In this document: in pieces, positions 18,416 to 27,919 of the stretch
Position numbering within the stretch: the first letter of the stretch is position 1
How the letters are laid out: each line of letters opens with the position of its first letter
Source: Patescibacteria group bacterium
Lineage (GTDB): Bacteria > Patescibacteriota > Microgenomatia > UBA1400 > UBA1449
DNA: 59,842 bases
Assembly (NCBI GenBank): GCA_050942955.1
Contig: JBMNOG010000008.1
Location: 1 to 59,842 of the forward strand
Direction of reading: 5' to 3'
Position numbers and translations under genes: made by a program
Notes under the pieces: model-generated
The model's input: the letters and a program-made list of their open reading frames with translations, nothing else
The model's database searches: none
What the model was told of the DNA's origin: nothing

Positions 18416-19696
18416 ATGCCTGATCAGCTTATTTGCCCCCACTGCAACCAGCCTATTACAATTACTGAAGCACTATCTAATCAGCTCAAGCAGCAGATGG
18501 AAGAAGAGTGGCGCAAGAAAGTGGAGGAAAAGGAAAAAGAAATTAACAAGCAATTAGAAGAGGCAAAAAAAAGAGAAGAAGAATTAAAAAAGCAACAGTC
18601 TGAGTTGGACGAGCAGGTGAAGAAAAAAACAGAAGAACAGCTTCAGGCAATTAAAAAGGAGATGTGGGAGAAAGCCCAGAATGCGGCCGGAGAAAAGTTT
18701 AGCCTCCAACTAAAAGATCTCGAAGAGCAACTTAAGGAGAAAGCCCAAAAAGCAGACGAACTTGAGAAAAACGAGCTGGAACTTCGTAAAAAACAACGCG
18801 AACTTGAAGAAGAGAAAAAAGAATTTGAATTAAAACTTATGCGCCAGATGGATGAAAAACGGAAAGAATGGGAAGAAAAAGTCGAAAAACAGGCTCAGGA
18901 AAGGCATAGACTGAAAGAGTTAGAACTACTAAAACAGCTTGAGGATACAAAGAAGACACTAGCTGAAGCACAGCGCAAAGCGCAACAAGGTTCCCAACAA
19001 AACCAGGGAGAAGTATTGGAACTGGACTTGGAAAAAACACTCAGAGAAGTTTTTGCTAAAGACAGAGTTGAACCGGTGGGTAAAGGAGTTTCCGGAGCGG
19101 ATATCGTCCAGTACGTTTGCAGTCCGAACGGGACAGAGTGCGGTATTATCCTCTGGGAAATAAAGCAAACGAAAAACTGGACAGAAGGCTGGGTGAGCAA
19201 ATTTAAAGATGACCTTCGTGCTCAAAAAGCCAACGTTCCAGTGTTAGTTACCACCGCACTACCAAAAGGAATTGAAGGGTTTGGCTGGTATAACGGGATT
19301 TGGGTGACAGAACCTAAGTATGCTTCTAACTTGGCAGTTGCTCTTAGGCGAAACCTCTTAGGAGTTGCTTACGAGCGGGCGATTTCCGCTGGTAAGGGTA
19401 AAAAGTCTGAACTCCTGTTTGAGTACGTTTCCAGCCATGAGTTTAGACAGCGAGTAGAAGCATTGGTTGAAGTTTTTTCCGAGATGCAGGAGCAGATCAC
19501 TAAAGAGCGGGCTTCGTTTGAAAAACAGTGGAAACAGCGTGAAGGCCAACTTAAACGGTTACTTCTTAATACAGCTGGAATGTATGGCGAGATGCAGGGA
19601 TTGGTGGGTTCAGCTATGCCGGAGATAAAGGGATTAGAATTTGGGACTGAGCTGCAGCTTGAAGATGGGGAAGAAAAAGAGCGGACGCTGTTTTAA
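18416..19696 (+). CDS. DUF2130 domain protein
   Basis: N-terminal CPHC, long coiled coil, QGSQQNQGEVLE, GADIVQ, ILWEIKQTKNW. Confidence 0.85.
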   Translation: MPDQLICPHCNQPITITEALSNQLKQQMEEEWRKKVEEKEKEINKQLEEAKKREEELKKQQSELDEQVKKKTEEQLQAIKKEMWEKAQNAAGEKFSLQLKDLEEQLKEKAQKADELEKNELELRKKQRELEEEKKEFELKLMRQMDEKRKEWEEKVEKQAQERHRLKELELLKQLEDTKKTLAEAQRKAQQGSQQNQGEVLELDLEKTLREVFAKDRVEPVGKGVSGADIVQYVCSPNGTECGIILWEIKQTKNWTEGWVSKFKDDLRAQKANVPVLVTTALPKGIEGFGWYNGIWVTEPKYASNLAVALRRNLLGVAYERAISAGKGKKSELLFEYVSSHEFRQRVEALVEVFSEMQEQITKERASFEKQWKQREGQLKRLLLNTAGMYGEMQGLVGSAMPEIKGLEFGTELQLEDGEEKERTLF

Positions 19697-19860
19697 TTTA
19701 CTTTCCAAGGTTAAAAACTTCCGTATAGGAGGCAACCCTTTACTGGAATAATGCAAAGAGTAGTTATCCCGCACTTGATGTAAGGTCTTTTAACGACAAT
19801 CCCCACTCTTTACTTCCTCTTGTCTCTTTCTTAACTCATTTTCCTGGTAAAATACCTCAT

Positions 19861-20982
19861 ATGCCAAAAAAGAAATATTTTATCTATACGTGGGGATGCC
19901 AGATGAATGTGGCAGACTCTGAACGGATTGCAGGTGATTACGAGTCCCGAGGGTATGTGTCTGCTCAAACCCCTGAAGAAGCAGATGAAATTATTTTTAC
20001 CACCTGCTCTGTTCGGAAATCGGCTGAAGATAGGGTTAGAGGACTTATTTACAACATTGCCCGGCAATATAAAAACGCTCCTAAGCAGCCAAAACTAATT
20101 TTAACTGGCTGTATGCTTCATTATGGTGAGCAAAAGCTTAAAAAAATGCTGCCAATCATCGACGAGTTTTTGCCAATAACTGAAGTTGGATTTAATACCC
20201 CATCTATAAGAAACAGTAAAACTCATGCGTTTATTCCAATTTCTTCCGGTTGTAATAGTTTTTGCACGTACTGCATTGTGCCTTTAGCTAGAGGACGGGA
20301 AAAATCACGTCCAAAAGAGGAGATTATTGATGAAATCAAAGAGCTTGCCAATCAAGGGTACGATGAAGTAACGCTTCTTGGCCAGAATGTTAATAGTTAT
20401 GGGTTGGAGAAAATCGGGATGAATATCAGAAAGTGTTTGGATGAAAACAGGAAGATTCCCGCTCCTCAAACTCAGTACAAACCGTTTCAAGGCAAGCCTC
20501 CTTTTGTAGAACTGTTAGACGAAGTCTGTGAAATTTCCCAAATTAAGAAAATCCATTTTATGAGCTCAAATCCGTGGGATTTTTATGAAGAGCTTATTGA
20601 CTGTATTGCCTGTAATGCCAAAATCGACAGGCAAATTCATCTTCCTCTTCAATCTGGAGACGATGAGATTTTGAAACGTATGAACCGAGGGTATACACGG
20701 AAACAATATTTAGAGTTAGTGAAAAGAATTAAGGCAAAAATTCCGGAAGTAGTTTTTACAACTGATGTTATTGTTGGTTTTCCAGGAGAAACAAAAGAGC
20801 AGTTTGAGCAGACAGTCGATGTCTGTAAAAAGGTTGGGTTTAAAACTGTCTTTATTGGCCGCTATTCGCCTCGTCCCGGGACGGCTTCGGCAAAGCTGTT
20901 TAAAGATGATGTTCCGGACGTAGAAAAGAAACGACGTTGGCAGGTGTTGGAGGATTTAGTTAACCGGCCAAATCTGAAATAA
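19861..20982 (+). CDS. miaB: tRNA methylthiotransferase MiaB (no TRAM domain)
   Basis: TWGCQMNVADSE, TCSVR, CNSFCTYC, DVIVGFPGET; clustered with miaA. Confidence 0.88.
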   Translation: MPKKKYFIYTWGCQMNVADSERIAGDYESRGYVSAQTPEEADEIIFTTCSVRKSAEDRVRGLIYNIARQYKNAPKQPKLILTGCMLHYGEQKLKKMLPIIDEFLPITEVGFNTPSIRNSKTHAFIPISSGCNSFCTYCIVPLARGREKSRPKEEIIDEIKELANQGYDEVTLLGQNVNSYGLEKIGMNIRKCLDENRKIPAPQTQYKPFQGKPPFVELLDEVCEISQIKKIHFMSSNPWDFYEELIDCIACNAKIDRQIHLPLQSGDDEILKRMNRGYTRKQYLELVKRIKAKIPEVVFTTDVIVGFPGETKEQFEQTVDVCKKVGFKTVFIGRYSPRPGTASAKLFKDDVPDVEKKRRWQVLEDLVNRPNLK

Positions 20983-20989
20983 TGAAAGT

Positions 20990-21592
20990 ATGAGAGTCTT
21001 TATAGTTAGACATGGAGAAACAGATTGGAACCTTGAGGGAAGGATTCAGGGAATATCTGACGTTCCTCTCAATACTACTGGCCTTGAGCAGGCTCAGAAA
21101 ATTGCCAATCGTTTGCGCTTGCAGCACTTTGATGCAATCTTTACTTCCCCTTTAAAGCGGGCAAAACAAACTGCTGAGTTAATTGCTCAATTTCATCCTG
21201 GCACTCCTTTTTATTCTGAGCCAAACTTGCGGGAAGTTTCATTTGGAGTGGTTGAAGGACTTACCTGGAAAGAAATTGCTATGAAGTATCCATGTGAATG
21301 CAGGCCGAAAACGCCTCAGGAGGAATTTGTCGGCAAGTTTCCGAAAGGTGATTCTGTTGAGGAGAGAGTGGAAGCTTTAACTCCGGTTGTAGAAAAATGG
21401 AAACAGCAGTACCAGGGCAAAACAATTTTGCTTTCGACCCATGGATATATCAAAAGAGCTCTACTAATGGTTTTTGGAATGATCTCATTTGAGAACTCTA
21501 GCGGAATGAGATTTGGCAATACTGCTTTAACTATTCTGAAACCTTTTGATATTGACCAAATAGAATTACTTAATGACACTTCACATCTATGA
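20990..21592 (+). CDS. Histidine phosphatase family protein
   Basis: RHGETDWN, SPLKRAKQTA, LREVSFG, STHG. Confidence 0.92.
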   Translation: MRVFIVRHGETDWNLEGRIQGISDVPLNTTGLEQAQKIANRLRLQHFDAIFTSPLKRAKQTAELIAQFHPGTPFYSEPNLREVSFGVVEGLTWKEIAMKYPCECRPKTPQEEFVGKFPKGDSVEERVEALTPVVEKWKQQYQGKTILLSTHGYIKRALLMVFGMISFENSSGMRFGNTALTILKPFDIDQIELLNDTSHL

Positions 21593-22611
21593 ACAAGCTT
21601 ATTATCATTTCCGGTCCAACAGCTGTAGGGAAAACCAGGGTAGCACTTGAGCTGGCTAAGAAGTTTAACGGAGAACTTATTTCTGCTGATTCGCGTCAAG
21701 TCTATAAAGGTATGGATGTGGTCACCGGGAAAGACTTGGGCAATGCTCAGTTTTCAATTACCAATAGTCAATTACAACAAGGAGTTTCTCGGAAAGTTAA
21801 GAAACCAATTACAGTAGGAACGTACACCATTGAAAGGGTACCAGTTTGGGGATTGGATCTGATAGAACCTGACGAAGCCTTTGATGTCAGCACATTTATT
21901 CCGTTTGCCAAAGAAGTAACTAAAGATATTTGGCGAAGAAGGAAGTTACCGATTATTGTGGGTGGCACAGGATTTTACATCAAGGGACTGTTAAATCCAT
22001 ATGAGACAGTAGGGATTCCTGTTATCGCAAACTTACGGAAAGAGCTTGAAAAGCTTCCTGTTAGAGAATTACAACAGAGACTCAAAGAAATTAATTTTCA
22101 GAAATGGGAGCAAATGAATGTGTCTGACCGCAGCAATCCTAGAAGGTTAGTGCGGGCAATTGAGGTAGGGGAGTATAAGAAAGTGCAAAGCGCTAAGTGC
22201 CAGAAACAGGTAGCAGAAAAACTTTATACCTCGTACCTAGCACTTCGAACTGTTTTGTGGATTGGACTTATTATGGAGAAAGGACAGCTTAAACAGAAAA
22301 TTGCACAAAGAGTAGAGGAGAGAGTTAACCAAGGAGCAGTTGAGGAAATTAAAACATTACTTAACAAAGGATATGGATGGGACTTGCCTTCTATGTCAGC
22401 AATCGGTTACAGAGATTTAAGACCATATCTTGAGAATAAAAAAACGCTGGAAGAGGCAGTTGAGGATTGGAAACTGCACGAAATCCAGTATGCCAAGCGA
22501 CAGTTAACCTGGAATAAAAAAGAGAAGCAAATAGTGTGGTTTGATGTAGCTAGCAAAAATTGGGATAATCAGCTAAAATTAAGAGTGCAAAAGTGGTTAA
22601 AAACTAGCTAA
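21589..22611 (+). CDS. miaA: tRNA dimethylallyltransferase MiaA
   Basis: GPTAVGKT, ISADSRQVY, VGGTGFY, AIGY, YAKRQLTW. Confidence 0.95.
   Translation: MNKLIIISGPTAVGKTRVALELAKKFNGELISADSRQVYKGMDVVTGKDLGNAQFSITNSQLQQGVSRKVKKPITVGTYTIERVPVWGLDLIEPDEAFDVSTFIPFAKEVTKDIWRRRKLPIIVGGTGFYIKGLLNPYETVGIPVIANLRKELEKLPVRELQQRLKEINFQKWEQMNVSDRSNPRRLVRAIEVGEYKKVQSAKCQKQVAEKLYTSYLALRTVLWIGLIMEKGQLKQKIAQRVEERVNQGAVEEIKTLLNKGYGWDLPSMSAIGYRDLRPYLENKKTLEEAVEDWKLHEIQYAKRQLTWNKKEKQIVWFDVASKNWDNQLKLRVQKWLKTS
21741..21775 (+). repeat. In-frame heptamer tandem array inside miaA
   Basis: CAATGCT CAGTTTT CAATTAC CAATAGT CAATTAC. Confidence 0.6.
22181..22251. repeat. Inverted pair of heptamer arrays inside miaA
   Basis: AAGTGCA AAGCGCT AAGTGCC ... 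ACTTTAT ACCTCGT ACCTAGC ACTTCGA. Confidence 0.55.
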
Positions 22612-22623
22612 AATAATTAGTGT

Positions 22624-23604
22624 ATGGAAAAAATTGAAATCTCCCACCGCACGATTATTTTTACTGTTTTGTTTTTAATTGGGATTTGGCTTCTTTATCA
22701 GATTAGAGGAGTACTTCTTCTTCTATTTATTGCCTTTATTCTCATGAATGCTCTCAATCCACTTGTTTCATCGTTGGAGAAGATCAAAATTCCAAGGATA
22801 CTTAGTTCGGTACTGGTGTTTATAATTGGCTTAATAGTAATCAGTCTCATTGTGGCTGGTATTGTTCCACCTCTGGTTGAGCAGTTAAATGTACTGACAA
22901 ATTTCATTGCCGAACAATTCCCTGACTTTGCCTTCTTCCAAATTAGTGAACAGGCTTTAATTTCACAAATTGAAACCCTTTCTCGCAATGCTCTCAATCT
23001 TTTGCGTTTTGTTACCGGTGCTGCATCCAATCTCTTGGGACTTTTTTCTATTATTGTTTTAACTATCTATCTTCTTCTGGAAAGAAAGAAAATGCCTGAG
23101 TATTTGCAGTTGCTTTTTAATAATCATGATAGTGAGCAGAAGGCTAAGGAATTGATAGGAGCTTTTGAAAAACGTTTGGGAGGATGGGTTAGGGGAGAGG
23201 CTTTACTCATGCTTATTGTCGGTCTTTTGACATATGTCGGGTTGACTTTGCTGGGAATTCCTTTTGCCCTGCCTTTAGCACTACTTGCAGGACTTTTGGA
23301 GCTTGTTCCAAATCTTGGTCCAATTATTTCCTCAATCCCGGCAATAATTGCTGGTCTGACCATTTCTCCCATGTTAGCTTTAGGGGTGCTTATTCTGTAT
23401 GTGGCAGTTCAGCAGCTTGAAAATAATCTAATTGTACCTATAGTTATGAGACAATCAGCAGGTGTAAACCCTCTTATAACGTTATTGAGTTTAATGGTCG
23501 GCTTAACACTTGGAGGAATTGGGGGGGCAATTCTGGCTGTACCTTTTTATATTACTATTGAAGTAGCCCTTAAGCACTTTTTCAAATACCACTACCGAAA
23601 GTAG
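22624..23604 (+). CDS. AI-2E family transporter
   Basis: Multi-TM; LGGWVRG, VPNLGP, QQLENNLIVP, GAILAVP. Confidence 0.92.
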   Translation: MEKIEISHRTIIFTVLFLIGIWLLYQIRGVLLLLFIAFILMNALNPLVSSLEKIKIPRILSSVLVFIIGLIVISLIVAGIVPPLVEQLNVLTNFIAEQFPDFAFFQISEQALISQIETLSRNALNLLRFVTGAASNLLGLFSIIVLTIYLLLERKKMPEYLQLLFNNHDSEQKAKELIGAFEKRLGGWVRGEALLMLIVGLLTYVGLTLLGIPFALPLALLAGLLELVPNLGPIISSIPAIIAGLTISPMLALGVLILYVAVQQLENNLIVPIVMRQSAGVNPLITLLSLMVGLTLGGIGGAILAVPFYITIEVALKHFFKYHYRK

Positions 23605-23664
23605 TTTTTGCAATAAAAATTACCGGCTTTTAACAGGTGGTTTCAAGTATTTTTCCAGATAACT

Positions 23665-26067
23665 TTAGTGGACAACCGCTACATTGAGAACATCTTCAAT
23701 TCTTCTTGAAAACCTAATATTCAGTGCTTTCTTGACTTTTTCCGGAACCTCTTCCAGGTCTTTTTCGTTTGATTTAGGAATGATGACAGTCTTAAGGCCG
23801 GAACGGTGAGCGGCAATAAGTTTTTCTTTCAAGCCGCCAATTTCCAGAACTCTACCTCTTAAAGTTATTTCTCCGGTCATACCAATGTCTTTGCGGACTT
23901 TTCTTTTAGACATAGCCGAGTAAAGGGCTGTAACAATAGCTACACCTGCTGAAGGTCCGTCTTTTGGTACTGCTCCTTCTGGAACATGGATATGAAAATC
24001 GTATTTACCCCCTACATCTTCAGGAAGCCCAAGTTCTTTCCAGCGGCCACGAAGATAGGTTAAGGCCGCGCGGCATGATTCTTTCATAACATCTCCTAGT
24101 TGCCCGGTAATAGTCAGCCTTCCTTTTCCTGGCATAACTCCAACTTCAATAAAGAGAATATCACCACCGACTTGAGTCCAAGCTAATCCGGTTGACAAAC
24201 CTACCTCATCTTTACTTTCAGCCAAGGTTTTAGTGAACCGCTGTGGTCCCAGGTAGTCATGGAGGTTTTTACCGGAAATGACGGCTTTGCTGATTTCTCC
24301 GGCTGTGATTTTTTTAGCGACTTTACGCATAATTTTGTTTAACTCTCTTTCAAGACCTCTAACCCCTGCTTCTTTGGTGTAACCATGAATTATCTTTTTA
24401 ATAGCAGTTGGGGTAACAGTAATCTGCTTCTCAAGTAAACCCGAACCATACATAGTTTTCTTGATCAGATAATTCTTGGCGATATGATACTTTTCGTCAT
24501 CTGTATACCCGGAAAAGCGAATAATCTCTAATCTGTCCCTGAGTGCGGGTGGGATAGTGTCCAGAACATTTGCAGTAGTAATAAACAACACTTTGGACAA
24601 ATCAAACGGGACTTCAAGATAGTGATCAGAGAAAGCAAAGTTTTGCTCCGGATCTAAAGCTTCAAGTAAAGCTGATGAAGGGTCGCCCCTAAAATCAGAG
24701 CCGATTTTGTCAATTTCATCGAGCATAAATACCGGATCCATTGTACCGGCATCCTTAATACCCTGGACAATTCTGCCCGGCATAGCCCCGACATAGGTTC
24801 TTCTGTGTCCTCTAATCTCTGCCTCATCACGAATTCCGCCGATTGAAACTTTGATAAACTTTCTGCCCAGCGAGCGGGCAATAGATTTGCCTAAAGAAGT
24901 TTTACCCACACCTGGTGGTCCGACAAAACAGAGAATCGTGGTGCTTTTTGTTGCCTTAGCTTCTTTTGGTAAAATGTCCTGTTGTTTTCGTTTTAAAGAC
25001 ATTACAGAAAGGTATTCAAGAATTCTTTCTTTCACCTCTTCAAGTCCATAGTGGTCCTGATTGAGGACTTTTTCAGCTCTTTTACTGGAAAGTGAAGTTT
25101 CTGAGGTTTTCCCCCATGGAAGATCGGTAACTACTTCAAGATATGTGCGGATATAGCCGGCTTCCGGATTGTACGAATGCATTTTAGAAAGTCTGTTGAT
25201 CTCTTTTTCAATTTTTTGTTTTACCTCTATCGGCATACTCGCTGTCTTAATTTTTTTCTGGAACTCACTAATTTCCGGATCAGCTGATTCTTCGGTAGCT
25301 GCTTCACCCAATTCTTTTTGAATAGTTTTCATCCGTTCTCTAAGAACTGCCTCCCGCATCGATTTATCAAACTTTTTCTGAGTCTTCGAAGCAATAGACT
25401 GTTCAATCTCAAGAATCTTAAGCTCCTTATTAATAAGATCGCTAATCTTTTTCAATCTTTTAAGAACGTTGGGAGTTTCCAGTAGTTTTTGTTTTTCAAT
25501 GGTGGAAATATCAAGAATAGAAGCTACCTGATCGGCTAGTTCACCATCTGTAACCCCAGACATTAGTTTCATGAAAACAAGAAAATCAACCGGCTTACCC
25601 AGATTAACTGCCTTTTTAAGGTTGTTGTTAATAACTTTAACTAAGGCTTTTGACTCATCAGATTTTCCATCTACTTCCTCAACAGGCTTAACAATACTTT
25701 CATAGTAGTCACTCTCGAGATTAGCATTTAGGATCTTAGCTCTTCTGACTCCACGAACCAGGGCATTAATTTCTTCTCCACTTTTAAGCAGTCTCTCGAT
25801 TTGGCAAATTGTACCTACAGTATAAAGATCATCTTCTCCAGGAGCATTAACTGCAGGGTTTTTCTGTGCGACAAAAAAGATAAGCTTATTAGAGTTAAAA
25901 GCTTTCTCAACTGCTTTTACTGATTGTGGCCTGCCAAACGATAAGACAATCTCCAGATGAGGAAAAATGACAACATCACGCAGTGGCACCATCGGAATAG
26001 TCATAGTTTCAGGGTTAGTAACGTTTCTTGTACTACCCGGTTTGTTTGGTTTATCAAGTAAGCCCAT
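23665..26067 (-). CDS. lon: ATP-dependent protease La (Lon)
   Basis: LON N-domain PLRDVVIFP; GPPGVGKTS; RTYVGAMPG; PKDGPSAG; ATG at 26067. Confidence 0.97.
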   Translation of the reverse strand: MGLLDKPNKPGSTRNVTNPETMTIPMVPLRDVVIFPHLEIVLSFGRPQSVKAVEKAFNSNKLIFFVAQKNPAVNAPGEDDLYTVGTICQIERLLKSGEEINALVRGVRRAKILNANLESDYYESIVKPVEEVDGKSDESKALVKVINNNLKKAVNLGKPVDFLVFMKLMSGVTDGELADQVASILDISTIEKQKLLETPNVLKRLKKISDLINKELKILEIEQSIASKTQKKFDKSMREAVLRERMKTIQKELGEAATEESADPEISEFQKKIKTASMPIEVKQKIEKEINRLSKMHSYNPEAGYIRTYLEVVTDLPWGKTSETSLSSKRAEKVLNQDHYGLEEVKERILEYLSVMSLKRKQQDILPKEAKATKSTTILCFVGPPGVGKTSLGKSIARSLGRKFIKVSIGGIRDEAEIRGHRRTYVGAMPGRIVQGIKDAGTMDPVFMLDEIDKIGSDFRGDPSSALLEALDPEQNFAFSDHYLEVPFDLSKVLFITTANVLDTIPPALRDRLEIIRFSGYTDDEKYHIAKNYLIKKTMYGSGLLEKQITVTPTAIKKIIHGYTKEAGVRGLERELNKIMRKVAKKITAGEISKAVISGKNLHDYLGPQRFTKTLAESKDEVGLSTGLAWTQVGGDILFIEVGVMPGKGRLTITGQLGDVMKESCRAALTYLRGRWKELGLPEDVGGKYDFHIHVPEGAVPKDGPSAGVAIVTALYSAMSKRKVRKDIGMTGEITLRGRVLEIGGLKEKLIAAHRSGLKTVIIPKSNEKDLEEVPEKVKKALNIRFSRRIEDVLNVAVVH

Positions 26068-26143
26068 ATGTCTAAGATACAATTCCAAAAATATTGTATC
26101 TATCGTAAATGAATAAATAATTAAGTGAACTCTGTTTTAGCAT

Positions 26144-26170
26144 TTAGCACTCTATCAGAATGAATGCTAA
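26144..26170. promoter_or_regulatory. CIRCE operator (HrcA site) upstream of lon
   Basis: TTAGCACTC-N9-GAATGCTAA, one mismatch to TTAGCACTC-N9-GAGTGCTAA. Confidence 0.88.
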
Positions 26171-26177
26171 GTGTCAA
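26149..26177 (-). promoter_or_regulatory. lon promoter
   Basis: TTGACA (26172-26177), 17-nt spacer, TGa-TAGAGT (-10 at 26149-26154); overlaps the CIRCE. Confidence 0.75.
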
Positions 26178-26184
26178 TGGGAAA

Positions 26185-26733
26185 TTAGGCTTTCTCTACA
26201 AATATTGTGCCGGCAACTAGCTTAGTAACAGCTAGTTCTACCAGTCTTTCGTATGCCTTTTGTCGGGTGAGTAAACCATTGGTAAAAACTTCCACAGCTC
26301 CTCCATGTTTTTTAACATTTTTTCTTCCGGTTAACTTATCCATAAGTGGTCCGAGCTCAGCTCCTTGTCTGATTTCTGAAGCTATCTTTTCCGGTAAATG
26401 AAAGTGCATTCCACCGCCGTAGCTAATAAGGCCGTCTTTACTTACAATTGCGCACCAGGCAGATGACATTAAACCAACTTCAGTTTCCATGACTCCGCCT
26501 TCAAGTCCCACACCATAGTCAGCACCAGTTTTTTTCAAAGCTCTCACTGCTCGGTTATAAGCTCCTTTTCTTGTTTCAGCTTCAGACATTGGTTGGTCAG
26601 ATACCCCAGAGGGAACAGCTATACCCATAAATGTTGCCCTTGCAAAAACTTTTGACAAAGCTTTTCTAACGGCTTCAATTTTTACAGGATTGTCTGATCC
26701 TATAACGATAGTAACTTTGCTATATATTTTCAT
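26185..26733 (-). CDS. yjjX: Inosine/xanthosine triphosphatase (YjjX/DUF84)
   Basis: GSDNPVKIEAV, SGVSDQPMS..ET..GA.NR, GLEGG, ELG. Confidence 0.9.
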   Translation of the reverse strand: MKIYSKVTIVIGSDNPVKIEAVRKALSKVFARATFMGIAVPSGVSDQPMSEAETRKGAYNRAVRALKKTGADYGVGLEGGVMETEVGLMSSAWCAIVSKDGLISYGGGMHFHLPEKIASEIRQGAELGPLMDKLTGRKNVKKHGGAVEVFTNGLLTRQKAYERLVELAVTKLVAGTIFVEKA

Positions 26734-27877
26734 TTATAATGCTGTTTACCACGTCTTCCACCTCATTCTTCAAGTCATGATATTGAGGGTGAATGTACAC
26801 CTTAATTCTCCAGTAAAGTTTTTGCAAGGGCTGATGTTCTTCAGCTACACCTTTGCCAATAAAGGGTAAATGAATCTTTTTAAAACCTCTGTCTTTACCG
26901 GCATAGACAGTAATATATTCTTTGGAAATACCTAGTGAATCGGCTACAATATCTGCAATTTTCTGGCGCTCTCTCCACGATAAACAGAAAGTTTTAAATG
27001 TTTCTGAAACTGTTCCGGTTTCCTCCATTTCAAAAACAGAGACATAAAACTGCCAGTGCCGCATCCATGACATAAGTTTTTGGGTCATAGGGTTAGCGCG
27101 GTGTTCCAGAACATACAAAGCTTGGGAGTCTGTTAGGGTAAAAAATGTTTCATCCAAGTCTCCATGTTCATACGCAAACTGAAGGGCTCTAAAAAGCATA
27201 GTCTCAGGTGTCAGGTTTAGGTCAGAGTACACAACATCGTAAACCAAGCGTCTACACAGCTCCCACTTTTGGATTTGAGGATGGAACTCCAACCGTAAAG
27301 CAAGACTCTTATCCTGCATTACAAAAGCTTTAATTAACTCTTCCGGCTCGTAAAACTTAGTATGAAAAAGACCAATAGCTGATCCCCATCTCAGAGAATT
27401 GTCAAGGTTATCAAGGTCAATAGTGCCGTTTATTAGGTCTGACCAGGGTTTTTGATTTCCAGTGATAAGCTGCAGAACTATCTCTGTGTCCCCGCCAAAG
27501 TCTTTAATTGCCTGAGTCGTTTCTTCAGAAAGCAAGAAGGTATTAGCAAATTCCTCATGATTTTTCCCTGTGACTTCCTCTAAAAACTTTTCCGTAATAT
27601 GAGAAAAAGGGGGACTGCCGACATCATGGAAAAGGGAAGCTAGATAGAGATTAGTACTCATTTCTTTGAACTGATCCTGAGCTGTAAGTAAACTGCTTAG
27701 ATGCGCTACACCAACAGAATGTTCAAAACGGGAACCGATCATCCCAATCGGTGTTGCCAAGGGTGGTACTGCTGAGAGAGAAATGTCCCGTACCCTAGTT
27801 AACGCTTTAGTTTGAAAGAGTTTGTACTGTTTATCGGTAATTTCTAAATGACCGTATAAGGGATCAAGATACTGCAT
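26720..27877 (-). CDS. HD-superfamily phosphohydrolase (YdhJ/dNTP triphosphohydrolase-like)
   Basis: DPLYG, SRFEHSVGV, LFHDVG..PFSH, DLDNLD. Confidence 0.85.
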   Translation of the reverse strand: MQYLDPLYGHLEITDKQYKLFQTKALTRVRDISLSAVPPLATPIGMIGSRFEHSVGVAHLSSLLTAQDQFKEMSTNLYLASLFHDVGSPPFSHITEKFLEEVTGKNHEEFANTFLLSEETTQAIKDFGGDTEIVLQLITGNQKPWSDLINGTIDLDNLDNSLRWGSAIGLFHTKFYEPEELIKAFVMQDKSLALRLEFHPQIQKWELCRRLVYDVVYSDLNLTPETMLFRALQFAYEHGDLDETFFTLTDSQALYVLEHRANPMTQKLMSWMRHWQFYVSVFEMEETGTVSETFKTFCLSWRERQKIADIVADSLGISKEYITVYAGKDRGFKKIHLPFIGKGVAEEHQPLQKLYWRIKVYIHPQYHDLKNEVEDVVNSIINENI

Positions 27878-27919
27878 AGTTTCTTAAACTGCACTATTGT
27901 TAAATTGTTTTCTAATAAA

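Noticed and set aside
19700-19800. Hairpin-rich intergenic stretch with a REP-like GTTATCCCGCACTTGATG
   Set aside because: Single degenerate copy with poor arm pairing; cannot support a repeat or ncRNA call from this window.
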